A stretch of DNA of 64,000 bases, from the NCBI GenBank assembly GCA_044445605.1, contig JBIOEA010000009.1:2314-66313 (forward strand), read 5' to 3'. The notes under the pieces are model-generated. The model saw nothing but the letters and a program-made list of their open reading frames with translations, ran no database searches and had not been told where the DNA came from. This DNA comes from Gammaproteobacteria bacterium. Lineage in GTDB: Bacteria > Pseudomonadota > Gammaproteobacteria > JABCZS01. This document shows, in pieces, positions 1 through 9,409 of the stretch (within the stretch, counting starts at the first letter, position 1; every line of letters starts with the position of its first letter). The translations under genes and the position numbers were made by a program.

Positions 1-638
1 ATAATGCTCGGCGTTGCAAAGGCTGGAGGAGGTGGTTCACCCGGAGGTGGTTCAGCAGGGGGCTGTTCATTCCCTATCTCCACACGACGATAGTGAATAA
101 CGCCCGAACCTTTAATGGTATCTCGGTATTCATTCGCATAATTCACAGCCCGCGCAATCAGGCTGACGTCTTGTACATACGTCCTATTCCCTGCCTCATC
201 GGTCTTAACATCGTTACGAGAATAAACAGGGCCCACTTCAACCATATCGAGCATCAGATCGTAGGTGCCTGGTTGCGTAGGGGAATCGACAATCAGTACC
301 TCGGTGTAGAGAGGCGTTGTTTTCCCTGGGACATTTTCAATGAATAAAGGTTCCACTGCTAAACTGAACTCTTTGTTCAGGTATCCCTTCTCTTTTAACC
401 ATTCGTATCCTTCAAATGCCATGACATCAGGGCCGGTCGCAGGATAGCCTTTACCCTCCGTACGCAAATACTGCCCCAATGCTTGCCCATATTCAAATAA
501 GCGATAACCTAAATCTTCGGCTTTATCGACTTCCATGTGGCTTTGTTTTAACGTAAAGAAGGAAAGGGTGATGAGTGCTATGACTAATAGCACCATCAAC
601 ATTTCCATCAATGAAAAGCCTTGGCGTCGAGCGTTCAT
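1..638 (-). CDS. Partial (3' end off-window) prepilin-type minor pilin; PilV-like component of type IVb pilus
   Basis: Manual translation of the minus strand from the ATG at 638 gives MNARRQGFSLMEMLMVLLVIALITLSFF..., which carries the prepilin-peptidase motif (G|FSLxE) and a hydrophobic helix. The frame stays open to position 1 (at least 212 aa) and ends in a Pro-rich tail. The gene lies directly downstream of the PilS-like pilin. Confidence 0.55.
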   Translation of the reverse strand, partial: MNARRQGFSLMEMLMVLLVIALITLSFFTLKQSHMEVDKAEDLGYRLFEYGQALGQYLRTEGKGYPATGPDVMAFEGYEWLKEKGYLNKEFSLAVEPLFIENVPGKTTPLYTEVLIVDSPTQPGTYDLMLDMVEVGPVYSRNDVKTDEAGNRTYVQDVSLIARAVNYANEYRDTIKGSGVIHYRRVEIGNEQPPAEPPPGEPPPPAFATPSI

Positions 639-640
639 GG

Positions 641-1162
641 CTAGTTCACGTATAGTTTAATTTCGTTCGCATCCGACTTGCTACATTCAGCAACAGCAGT
701 AGCAGGACTTGAAACTTCTACTTTATTAATTTCCATTGCTTTCGCGGTGCTGATTTTGCTCAATCCTTGATACATCGCAGAACATGCGGCTTTAGGAATG
801 CTAATGACCGTCAGGACATAGGTGGAAACAGGGTTACCTGTTGCAAAACTCCAACCATCCGTTTGCTCCCAGGGGTTAATGGCCGTTTCAGAATTGTGCA
901 TATCATCTGGCACGAGACCAGCCGCTATCAATTTCTTTACATCAATATCTGAGTAATTCGAATAACCAGAGCCCGAATAGGTAGCGGTAATATTAGCAGT
1001 CAATTGTTGCAACCCGTTCTGTAATTGGTTCTGCTTAAACGTCATCGTTACTTTGGCATAAATCGTACCCACAGCCGCAGCAATGAATGCTGCCACAAAT
1101 AGGACCAATAACACTTCGAATAGTGTCACACCCGCTTGGCGTTTTTTAAATGCTCGTAACAT
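641..1162 (-). CDS. Type IV prepilin (PilS-like major pilin of type IVb/thin pilus)
   Basis: ORF 641..1213. The internal Met gives MLRAFKKRQAG|VTLFEVLLVLFVAAFIAAAV, a prepilin leader, Glu at +5 and a hydrophobic N-terminal helix. A C-terminal Cys pair (KAACSAM...AECSKSD) is present. A strong SD (GGAGAG) precedes the ATG at 1162. Confidence 0.65.
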   Translation of the reverse strand: MLRAFKKRQAGVTLFEVLLVLFVAAFIAAAVGTIYAKVTMTFKQNQLQNGLQQLTANITATYSGSGYSNYSDIDVKKLIAAGLVPDDMHNSETAINPWEQTDGWSFATGNPVSTYVLTVISIPKAACSAMYQGLSKISTAKAMEINKVEVSSPATAVAECSKSDANEIKLYVN

Positions 1163-1256
1163 GAATCTCTCCTCGAAAAATGGGTAATACCCCTTGAGTC
1201 TATCAGCCAACAACTAAAAAGCAAGCAGATTGGTGGTGTGTCTGTATTTCTTATCA

Positions 1257-2327
1257 TTAACCCGCCATCGACGACTGCAGTGCAATCAAGCCCATGTAGT
1301 TCCATGCAATGAAGCCCACGACCAGTAACAGAATCGCATTCCCCATCATCTTCGCCGCCAACGCCAGTTTCAAGATTTGCGCTTCCAATTGCTCCTGCGC
1401 CAATACCTGAATGCCGTCCTCTAGCTTATCCGCATCCGCATACACTTCTAGGTTAATCTGTGTTTCTGTATCGAAAAGCTCAGATTGAATCGCCTCACCC
1501 GCAGGACGGCCTGCCTGTAGCTTGGCTTGCATGACAATCAATAAACTCGCCACATAAGGCGAAGAACCCGACCGGATCATGTCCAACGCTTGGCTGATGG
1601 ATACACCCGAACGTAACAAACTCGCCAAACTTAATAAAAAAATGCTGCCATGGAATTGCTTATAAATAGACCATGGCGGGATTTTATTCAGTATCCGACG
1701 TGCAGGCCCTGCACGTAATTGCGACATACTACGTATAATCAATGCAACCAAGCCCGCCACACTTAAGATAACCCACACAATGTTTTCAGTAAACGCGCGT
1801 GTGAATTCAAATAAGCTTTTAGTGACTGGCGGCCATTTGTCCGGTGATAAAAAAGTCGACAAACTCGGGATCACGTAATACGAAAAGACATACATCAAAG
1901 CGAATAACATCAGCAAGGCAAACATGGGGTAACGGATCGCGCTCACCAAACCGGATTTTAATCGAACAATATTATTCGACAACTCCGCTACATATTTAAA
2001 CATATGCGTCATTTGTGCCGTACCGCCAGCGCGCAACAACAACATTTCCCAGCCAGGAGCCCAGGGCGCCAATGCTTGCACGAACGGTTTACCCTGCGCC
2101 ATCGCTTTTAACCACTCATCCATAATAAGTGGCATAAACGAATGTGGCATGTGTTTACGGAATTTGCTCGCCAATAATCGAATGGTTTCATTCAGCGAAA
2201 CACCCGAGCCCGTGATCATCTCCAAATTCCGGTATAAGTTAACACGACGCGTGTGCGTGAATACAAAAGTACGTAACAATGCATTACGGACAGTCAACCA
2301 ATATTTATACAGGTCTTGTTTCGTCAT
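1257..2327 (-). CDS. GspF/PilC-family inner-membrane platform protein (PilR-like)
   Basis: 356 aa polytopic membrane protein with a T2SS-F-like architecture. It lies immediately downstream of the secretion ATPase, with a 2-bp gap. Confidence 0.75.
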   Translation of the reverse strand: MTKQDLYKYWLTVRNALLRTFVFTHTRRVNLYRNLEMITGSGVSLNETIRLLASKFRKHMPHSFMPLIMDEWLKAMAQGKPFVQALAPWAPGWEMLLLRAGGTAQMTHMFKYVAELSNNIVRLKSGLVSAIRYPMFALLMLFALMYVFSYYVIPSLSTFLSPDKWPPVTKSLFEFTRAFTENIVWVILSVAGLVALIIRSMSQLRAGPARRILNKIPPWSIYKQFHGSIFLLSLASLLRSGVSISQALDMIRSGSSPYVASLLIVMQAKLQAGRPAGEAIQSELFDTETQINLEVYADADKLEDGIQVLAQEQLEAQILKLALAAKMMGNAILLLVVGFIAWNYMGLIALQSSMAG

Positions 2328-2329
2328 TA

Positions 2330-3943
2330 TTAACCTATTAAGTAGCCTACTTTATCTTCAGCATAATGCGGATCTAATTCGCCCGTTTTCATTTTTTCAA
2401 CAATATTATAATAAATCGGTACGCCACCCATTGCTTGCCAATGCTCACGCGCATGCGGGTAATCCTCTTTAGCAATAAACGCTAATAACTGATCATCAGG
2501 CTCGATAAATTCAGCCACCACGGAACGTCCCAAGAAACCTGTTTTTTGACATTGATCACAACCTTCTGGACGGCGGAATTTGATGTTCTGTAATTGATCC
2601 GATGGAATAGCCGCCTTCACGCGTTCGATCAATTCATGCTCGATTTCTTCCGTTGCCGTCGGCTCGTATTCGGCATACGGTATCGCACAATGAGGACAAT
2701 TGATCGGCACCAGCACTTGATACATTAACATGCTGAGAAATCCAGGAGAGGTGAGTACATTCCGCTCAAACCCTAATCCCACTAACCGCTCGAAAATACC
2801 TAACGCTGATTGCGCGTGGACTGTGGTAAATACTTGGTGACCGGATTGTACCGAATCTTGCAACAATTTCGCAGTCTTAGCATCGCGGACTTCCCCGATC
2901 ATCAATACGTCAGGATCCATACGCATGGCCACTTTAATGGCATCCGCAAATGTTGATTGTGCATTATCACTCGCATCATTAATATTGATTTGCAATGCAC
3001 CATTGATGACATACTCAGGCGGATTTTCAATCGTGATAACCTTGCGCACGCCTTTCGTTTTCATGATCTTATCCGTGATCAAATTAGCCAGCGTTGTCGA
3101 TTTACCGCTACCGGTTGTTCCCGCAAAAATCAACGCGCCCGTGGGCTTCATCCCGGATTTGAATAATGCCTTGACCTGCAGATGCGTGTAACCCAGTAAT
3201 TCAATGGCACCGCTACTGCGGGTTTCGAGTGGCAGCAGACGCAATGCTATCGAATAACCAAAGGGGTAGCGAGGCGCTGTTTGTAAACGTACCCGATACG
3301 ATTTTCCTAAAATATACTTTTCTACAATCGCCGATTGCATTTTGTGCTCATCGAATTGAATATCTTTGGAACCTTCCACGGCCACCACGTTATACAATAT
3401 ACGCACTAATTCTTGCGAATATTCTTGTGCAAATTCCAATACTTTGACAAGCATGCCATTCACGCGGAACTTCACATCCGTTTTGCGCTCGAATGCTTCA
3501 ATATGGATATCCGATGCGTTCATTTGAACGGCGCGCGTAAACACATCATTAATAGAATTGTATAATTCTGTTTCATTGACGGGCGCTTTGGCTTCACGCT
3601 CTTCCTCAGCACTCACATGATCTTCCACAACTTTCAGCATGTCGCGCGTGGTGTAAATAATCTTGATGGAGTGCGTGCGTCGCAATAATTGGGCAAATGT
3701 TTTTGCGCGCTGATTCATTTGGCTGGGAATGTTTTGCGTGACAATCAAATACGCGGTTTTACGCTCACCCTCTACCGTCGCCGATTCGACAAGCAAGAAA
3801 AACTTTTTCTCTTCTTCACTGAGATGAATCTCTTCAGTGTCAGAAAACAACATTTTTGAAAAACGTGGCATATCATCGAATGTATCGATGAAAGTTATGC
3901 CCGGCGGCATTGGCGCTGAAGGAGAGTTAACCATCACGTTCAC
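2330..3943 (-). CDS. GspE/PilB-family secretion NTPase (PilQ-like ATPase of type IVb pilus)
   Basis: Walker A GTTGSGKSTT, Walker B/Asp box VLMIGEVRD, His box, and a C-terminal tetracysteine motif (CPHC...CDQC). No N1/MshEN domain is present. Confidence 0.8.
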   Translation of the reverse strand: MNVMVNSPSAPMPPGITFIDTFDDMPRFSKMLFSDTEEIHLSEEEKKFFLLVESATVEGERKTAYLIVTQNIPSQMNQRAKTFAQLLRRTHSIKIIYTTRDMLKVVEDHVSAEEEREAKAPVNETELYNSINDVFTRAVQMNASDIHIEAFERKTDVKFRVNGMLVKVLEFAQEYSQELVRILYNVVAVEGSKDIQFDEHKMQSAIVEKYILGKSYRVRLQTAPRYPFGYSIALRLLPLETRSSGAIELLGYTHLQVKALFKSGMKPTGALIFAGTTGSGKSTTLANLITDKIMKTKGVRKVITIENPPEYVINGALQININDASDNAQSTFADAIKVAMRMDPDVLMIGEVRDAKTAKLLQDSVQSGHQVFTTVHAQSALGIFERLVGLGFERNVLTSPGFLSMLMYQVLVPINCPHCAIPYAEYEPTATEEIEHELIERVKAAIPSDQLQNIKFRRPEGCDQCQKTGFLGRSVVAEFIEPDDQLLAFIAKEDYPHAREHWQAMGGVPIYYNIVEKMKTGELDPHYAEDKVGYLIG

Positions 3944-4362
3944 CCACTTTTGTTGCTCGCGCTAAGCCATAGCACGCTTTCTTTCCCTGTTGTCGTGTCC
4001 TTCAATAATACATACGTTTCTGTGACGTTACGTATTTGGATATTGGGCAATACCATTTCGCCCCGCTCAGCACTGAGTCGATAACCATTGTATAAAAATA
4101 CTGCCTTTGGCTTCGCCGCCATACCGACTACCTTGATCAATTGTAATGAGGATGTGGCCAAATCAGTCGTCGCCGTGACAGCAGCCGTCGGGGCAGGTGC
4201 TGGCGGTGACGCAGCAACCATTTCTTGCTGGAGCTTGCTGATCTCAACCTGCTTTTGCAAAATCACACGTTGACGCTCAAGTTGATCTAATTGATCCACC
4301 GTGTCATCTGCAAAGGCCACTTGAGCTAACAAAACACTCAACACCACTAAATACTTAACCAT
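3940..4362 (-). CDS. PilP-like small pilus-assembly protein (type IVb)
   Basis: 140 aa with a signal peptide and an Ala/Pro linker. Its size and position between the PilO-like gene and the ATPase match the R64/PAPI-1 pil order. It overlaps its neighbours by 4-8 bp. Confidence 0.4.
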   Translation of the reverse strand: MVKYLVVLSVLLAQVAFADDTVDQLDQLERQRVILQKQVEISKLQQEMVAASPPAPAPTAAVTATTDLATSSLQLIKVVGMAAKPKAVFLYNGYRLSAERGEMVLPNIQIRNVTETYVLLKDTTTGKESVLWLSASNKSG

Positions 4363-5620
4363 AAATCACCCCCTGAAGGTCCCATTGATAAGCACCCTTT
4401 GCGGGTGCAATATGAATGGATGTAATCCCCATTGTTTTCATTTCGTTAAACACATCTGCAAAACCGCCGATGCCCCATAATCCTACGTTTTTGCATGAAA
4501 ACTTTTGAACGCCAAAACCAGCAACGTTAGTCGGTACCTCTAACGTGACAGCCATCGCCTTCGATTGGATGAGTGTCATAAACGCCCACTGGTGCTCCGG
4601 TGTTTTTTCATTTTTGATCGCTTCTATCGCTTCTTTTGTCATCACTGGCACATCTTTCAACTCAGCACCCCACACGGCTTTGGCCTGATCCCCCTTAGGA
4701 TCAATAGAAACATTTTTCAATGTGCCCGCCTTTTCTAATGCTTTTAACGTCGCCACCGTCCCATAAGGATTGCGCGTGAGCATCACATTAAACGTCGTCG
4801 TTGCGCCGAGATTCACGTTAATATCCGTGACAGTCCAACCATCAAGCACCATCGGAATGGTTTTCACTGCATGCATGACCATGGTTAAGCCGGGGAGGGT
4901 GATCATGCTGTTCATTTGAATGCTGTTCAACAATTGTGTAAAAGGATCAATCGGGGCAGGTTTATGTGCCACGGGAGTCACAGGCACTTTAACAGGTGGT
5001 GGTGGCGCAGGTTTGAAAAACAGATAGGCCATGAAGCACGTCGCGACAATGAGTGCAGCCATCACACCCATTTTTACCTTAGAAGGGCCCTCTTTCTTTA
5101 ATTCTTTGATCACACATTGGCTTTCAAAACGCTGAATCGATGTGGTCATCTGGGTCACATCAATCGGTTGCGCTCCCTCAAACCGATCATCGTCTACGTC
5201 TGTCCCCAAGCATTCAATGCTGTCTTCGGGCACGTCTGTCCGCAAGTCCATCAAGCTTTGGGCATACAACGATTGGATGGTATCCAGGTCGGCAATGGTG
5301 TCACCATCTACCGTCACCTTGCCACGTTTGACACAGCATAAATAATAGAGAAGACGCCCCGCTTCATCTTTATAATCTGTTTTACAAACGTACAGTAAAT
5401 TTTCATGGGCGTAGGAAATCGCGGCAGCCAAAGAAACCTGATTCACGTATTCATTCGGCGCCAGTGCAACAGACGAGGGTTCGTCTTCCACTTTGGACAT
5501 TTTCGTGACACCCAGTGTCATGTCCATTTCACGTTTGAATTGATCTATTTCAGCCGGCGAGGAGATGGAGAACCAGGTCAGGCCTACCGCATATTCTTTC
5601 CCGCCGAATAGAATGATCAC
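4355..5620 (-). CDS. PilO-like pilus-assembly protein (type IVb)
   Basis: 421 aa with one internal TM segment (MGVMAALIVATCFMAYLFF). Size and position match R64 PilO. No independent motif supports the call. Confidence 0.4.
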   Translation of the reverse strand: MIILFGGKEYAVGLTWFSISSPAEIDQFKREMDMTLGVTKMSKVEDEPSSVALAPNEYVNQVSLAAAISYAHENLLYVCKTDYKDEAGRLLYYLCCVKRGKVTVDGDTIADLDTIQSLYAQSLMDLRTDVPEDSIECLGTDVDDDRFEGAQPIDVTQMTTSIQRFESQCVIKELKKEGPSKVKMGVMAALIVATCFMAYLFFKPAPPPPVKVPVTPVAHKPAPIDPFTQLLNSIQMNSMITLPGLTMVMHAVKTIPMVLDGWTVTDINVNLGATTTFNVMLTRNPYGTVATLKALEKAGTLKNVSIDPKGDQAKAVWGAELKDVPVMTKEAIEAIKNEKTPEHQWAFMTLIQSKAMAVTLEVPTNVAGFGVQKFSCKNVGLWGIGGFADVFNEMKTMGITSIHIAPAKGAYQWDLQGVIYG

Positions 5621-5622
5621 GG

Positions 5623-7320
5623 TTACCTTCCAACCACATAGGGAGTTATGATGGTAACAGTCGTTGTTTTACTACTATTCGTTGCTTTAGAACCACCGAG
5701 CATCCAGAAACTAGGTGCGGCCACACTTTCTACCCCGACCTGGTTATCCAGCTCTTGGAAGCCCGATAAAATAACCGTTTGCCCCGCATTTAACGTCACA
5801 CTTTCCATGAAGTTCTTACTTTTTACCGTCGGCAAGGTAATTTGTGGGCAATTGGTTGTTTGGCCAGTGGCACACACATTTTCTTTGTTCGTGGTCACGT
5901 CTGCGACAGACAAAGACAACGATAAATTTAACAGAATCTGATTATCCGATAAAATCGTCGGCGTCACGACCATGAAGAATCCGCTGACAATGGTTCCAGG
6001 CGTCACAGACACTTCCGTCGTGGACGATTGATCCGAAATGGCCGAAAATGTTATTTCCTTCACGTAATCTTGACGCGTTACCACTTGTACCGGTGCAGGC
6101 TCACCATTAACGGTATAAATCGTCGTACCCGTCACTTTGGTGGTATCGAATTGAGTCGATAAGGCACCGAATATCAAATCGGCAGAATCAAAAAATCCAC
6201 TGCCATTAAGATATTGGAATTTCATCGTGTCAATCGCCACACCCGCATTATTGCCTAATGGGGATATCCCTTTAGTGATGGAATTTAATACAACATCTCC
6301 CCCAATCGCATCGATCACAGCATCCCAGTTAATACCATAGTCCGTGTTTGCATCTAATTCGACGTTAAACACGTCCACTTTCACCGCAATTTTCCGGCGT
6401 GCTTTATCATTAATTTTATTGATGAAATCTTCTACGCGCGCTAATCTTTCGGGGATGTCAGTCACAGCGATATAGCCAGAACGTGGGTTAGGGGTGACTT
6501 TCCCTTCACTCGATAACATTTCAGTGATCGTAGAGACAGTATCTTTCCAGGTATTATTTTCTAACTGTTTGTAATTAACGTCCATCACCGCGCCACTGTT
6601 TAAATTACTGCCGCTCTCACTGCCACCCATCGTAGAAGAAGAGGACATCTGGTTACTAAAAGTCGTTGCGCCAGGCAATACGTCCAATGCCAACACCTTG
6701 GTTTGTGTGCGATAGAAACTCACCGTCGACGTCTCTGGATCGTATTCCCAATAAATATTAAAACCTGACACAAAGCGTTCGATCAATCCTTTGAATGACC
6801 CTTCATACTGAAGATTCATCGTAATGTTTTTCAAAATACCAATGTTCGAAGCCACTTCACTGCCACCCACCTCAATGGCCGCGCTTTCCAAACCTGTCGC
6901 ACCAGGTGCAGGCGCTATACCGGCTCCTCCCGGCGCAGCGGGCGCTGTGCTCGCACCACCACCGGCGTTGCCGCTCATGTAATTGATCGCATCCGGGGTG
7001 AATTTAAATTTAATACCCGTTTGAGCGTATAAATCCGCGAGAATGGTTGAAAAACTTTCTGCGCTTGCCGAAGAATAGATAATGTTACGATTGAAAACAG
7101 GTGGCAAAACAACGGGTTCACTGATTTCAAACGAATTCTCGGCCACCATAAATGCATCGGTATGTTCAACCAATGAACGTTTGTTTTGAACCTGGGCCGT
7201 TTTAGCATACACCTCTTGTGACTTGTCCGAATCTCTCTTCACATCTTCTTGAGTTGTCACAAAATTTGAATCACACGCTGTTAAAACGCAGATCGCGGCG
7301 ATGCATAATAATCGTTTCAT
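5623..7320 (-). CDS. Secretin-family outer-membrane lipoprotein (PilN-like)
   Basis: Lipobox MKRLLCIAAICVLTAC, a Gly/Ala/Pro linker, and a C-terminal secretin-like domain (VTLNAGQTVILSGF...TIITPYVV). Its 565 aa is close to R64 PilN. Confidence 0.6.
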   Translation of the reverse strand: MKRLLCIAAICVLTACDSNFVTTQEDVKRDSDKSQEVYAKTAQVQNKRSLVEHTDAFMVAENSFEISEPVVLPPVFNRNIIYSSASAESFSTILADLYAQTGIKFKFTPDAINYMSGNAGGGASTAPAAPGGAGIAPAPGATGLESAAIEVGGSEVASNIGILKNITMNLQYEGSFKGLIERFVSGFNIYWEYDPETSTVSFYRTQTKVLALDVLPGATTFSNQMSSSSTMGGSESGSNLNSGAVMDVNYKQLENNTWKDTVSTITEMLSSEGKVTPNPRSGYIAVTDIPERLARVEDFINKINDKARRKIAVKVDVFNVELDANTDYGINWDAVIDAIGGDVVLNSITKGISPLGNNAGVAIDTMKFQYLNGSGFFDSADLIFGALSTQFDTTKVTGTTIYTVNGEPAPVQVVTRQDYVKEITFSAISDQSSTTEVSVTPGTIVSGFFMVVTPTILSDNQILLNLSLSLSVADVTTNKENVCATGQTTNCPQITLPTVKSKNFMESVTLNAGQTVILSGFQELDNQVGVESVAAPSFWMLGGSKATNSSKTTTVTIITPYVVGR

Positions 7321-7336
7321 AATTCATTCCCTTGAT

Positions 7337-8173
7337 TTAAGGCGATATGGCCATAATGCTTGAGCTATAGGAACCGTCACGAATCACAACCATCTTATTA
7401 CGTGTAAATTGTGCTTTCAAAGGCTGATCCAGGTAGCGCAAGGTACCTAATAACTGATCTAATGAACCACCCTGTGCACTGAATTCACCAAAAATCGTTG
7501 CTGGAGCAACCATGGTGTAATCTTTCTGAACCGCCCATTGCATGCCCCACTTGGATTGCTTAGACCAGCGGCCGATCGTTTGCTTCAACGTTTGACCTTG
7601 CAAGACATAGAATACGCGTGGGCTCTTTTGTGCCAAGGCTTGCGCTTCTAGAGAATCTTTCGCCACAGAAATGATCTTGTCTTGCTTGTTTAGGGCAATC
7701 ACCGAATGAGGGTATTGATGCTTGATATCTTCTAATTTCACACGCAAACTGGATAAACTGTCTTTGGAATAGTGATCACCCTTGTATGGGCTATCTTTGG
7801 AGTAAATTTTGTGGCCCTTTGAGCTGGAGCTGTAGCCATCTTTCATGTCATATGTGCGACTTACAGTGATGTTATCCGCCACACGCAGGGTATAGTATTT
7901 GTAAGCAGGGTTATTGAGTTCGTCGAGCTTATGAACAATCTGAACGTTGGAGGCTATCACCGTCTCTGTCTGATTAGGTGAGCCCAACATTTGCGATAGG
8001 GTATCGACCACATCATCTGTTTTCATGGCTTCTTGTGTGCTTTGTACGGCACGATTGGCATCGCTGGTGCGTGCGTACTCACCCGTGTAATCCACGGATG
8101 GGGTATTGGTGCAACCAACTAAGAATAGAATCACACAGGTTAGAAGGTATCGATAGATCATTGTGTTCCTCAC
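7337..8173 (-). CDS. Lipoprotein, PilL-like first gene of the type IVb pil operon
   Basis: Lipobox LVGC|TNT. It is the first gene of the minus-strand operon, with divergent intergenic DNA upstream. Confidence 0.4.
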   Translation of the reverse strand: MRNTMIYRYLLTCVILFLVGCTNTPSVDYTGEYARTSDANRAVQSTQEAMKTDDVVDTLSQMLGSPNQTETVIASNVQIVHKLDELNNPAYKYYTLRVADNITVSRTYDMKDGYSSSSKGHKIYSKDSPYKGDHYSKDSLSSLRVKLEDIKHQYPHSVIALNKQDKIISVAKDSLEAQALAQKSPRVFYVLQGQTLKQTIGRWSKQSKWGMQWAVQKDYTMVAPATIFGEFSAQGGSLDQLLGTLRYLDQPLKAQFTRNKMVVIRDGSYSSSIMAISP

Positions 8174-8303
8174 AAGCCACTTCGTTAAGATTAAACCTCA
8201 TACAGTTATTTTTCAAGGTAACAGCCGTGTTTCTTTGTGCATATGACGATATTTCATCTTTATTTTCATAAGCCTTGTGTTATTATGAAGATCTGGAGGC
8301 CAT

Positions 8304-8885
8304 ATGGGCAACCCATTACTACACGCGATCGAGTTTTTAATCGATACGCTGTTTACGCTTTACATCACCACATTCTTACTGCGCTTTTTGCTGCAGTGGG
8401 TGAGAGCCGACTTTTATAACCCCGTCTGCCAATCAATCATAAAAATAACTAACCCTGTCTTGATGCGGGTGCGTCGTTTTATTCCGGGCTGGAAAGGCAT
8501 TGATTGGGCTTCTATCGTCATTGTGATCGTTTTCTGCTTCATCAATGAGTACTTGTTGATTGCATTGCGCTTCGCCGTGTTGCCAAACCCAATCGGTATT
8601 GGGCTGTTTGCCATTGCCGATGCCATTGGCCTTGTCCTAAATATTTATATTTTCTCGACGCTGATCTGGGCCATTACTAGCTGGCTAACACCTCAAGCGA
8701 TTAATCCCGTGTTGCAAGCAATCTATCCGTTGATCGCGCCTGCCTTGCAAGCGATTCAACGCTTCATTCCCCGTTTCGCTGGGCTGGACCTGTCACCCAT
8801 CGCATTGATGATCATTCTGTCGCTCATCAATATCTTGCTGGTCATGCCTTTGAAAACCTTGGCCATTGGCTGGGTGGCGGGGTGA
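8304..8885 (+). CDS. yggT: YggT-family integral membrane protein
   Basis: About 190 aa with four TM helices and a duplicated YggT-like repeat. Confidence 0.55.
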   Translation: MGNPLLHAIEFLIDTLFTLYITTFLLRFLLQWVRADFYNPVCQSIIKITNPVLMRVRRFIPGWKGIDWASIVIVIVFCFINEYLLIALRFAVLPNPIGIGLFAIADAIGLVLNIYIFSTLIWAITSWLTPQAINPVLQAIYPLIAPALQAIQRFIPRFAGLDLSPIALMIILSLINILLVMPLKTLAIGWVAG

Positions 8886-8931
8886 TACCCTGCTATCATT
8901 AATGGGTCATGGCAATGGAAGAGGAAATCTT

Positions 8932-9378
8932 ATGTTTAAACGTATACTGGTCGCTATCGATGGCAGTGAAGTTTCTACCAACGCATTACAGCATGCCATT
9001 AACTTAGCGCAAGAACAACACGCCACATTGTGCATTCTTAATGTCATTGACGAATACATGCCCTCAACAGGTGATACTATTATTGATATTGATAAGTTTG
9101 CACAAGCATTGAACGAACTCAGTCAACAGATACTTGATAATGCGACAAAAATGGCTCGTCAAGCCAGTATTGAATTTGAAGTTAAATCCAGTTTATTAGA
9201 ACCATTACAAGGGCGCATTGCCGACAGGATTGTTGAGATAGCAACAGAATGGAAAACTGATTTGATCGTCATCGGTTCTCATGGCCGTCATGGTTTTCAG
9301 CGCTTGTTACTGGGCAGCGTTGCAGATACAGTGATTCGAATCACCACTATTCCTGTGCTGCTTATTCATGGTCAGTGA
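8932..9378 (+). CDS. uspA: Universal stress protein (UspA family)
   Basis: MFKRILVAIDGSE ... DLIVIGSHGRHGFQRLLLGSVADTVIRITTIPVLLI are the canonical Usp motifs. The ORF 8866.. starts earlier, and the likely start is the Met at 8932. Confidence 0.75.
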   Translation: MFKRILVAIDGSEVSTNALQHAINLAQEQHATLCILNVIDEYMPSTGDTIIDIDKFAQALNELSQQILDNATKMARQASIEFEVKSSLLEPLQGRIADRIVEIATEWKTDLIVIGSHGRHGFQRLLLGSVADTVIRITTIPVLLIHGQ

Positions 9379-9409
9379 TCGGAAAGAACCATTAAAAAAG
9401 TGAGAGCAT

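Noticed and set aside
93-347. Plus-strand 84-aa ORF
   Set aside because: It lies entirely inside the well-supported minus-strand prepilin-like CDS (1..638), and I recognise no motif in it.
2330-3943. Assignment of this ATPase as T2SS GspE
   Set aside because: It lacks the GspE N1/N2 domains. Its context (a secretin lipoprotein without a GspD N-domain, plus PilL/O/P-sized genes) fits a type IVb pilus rather than a T2SS.
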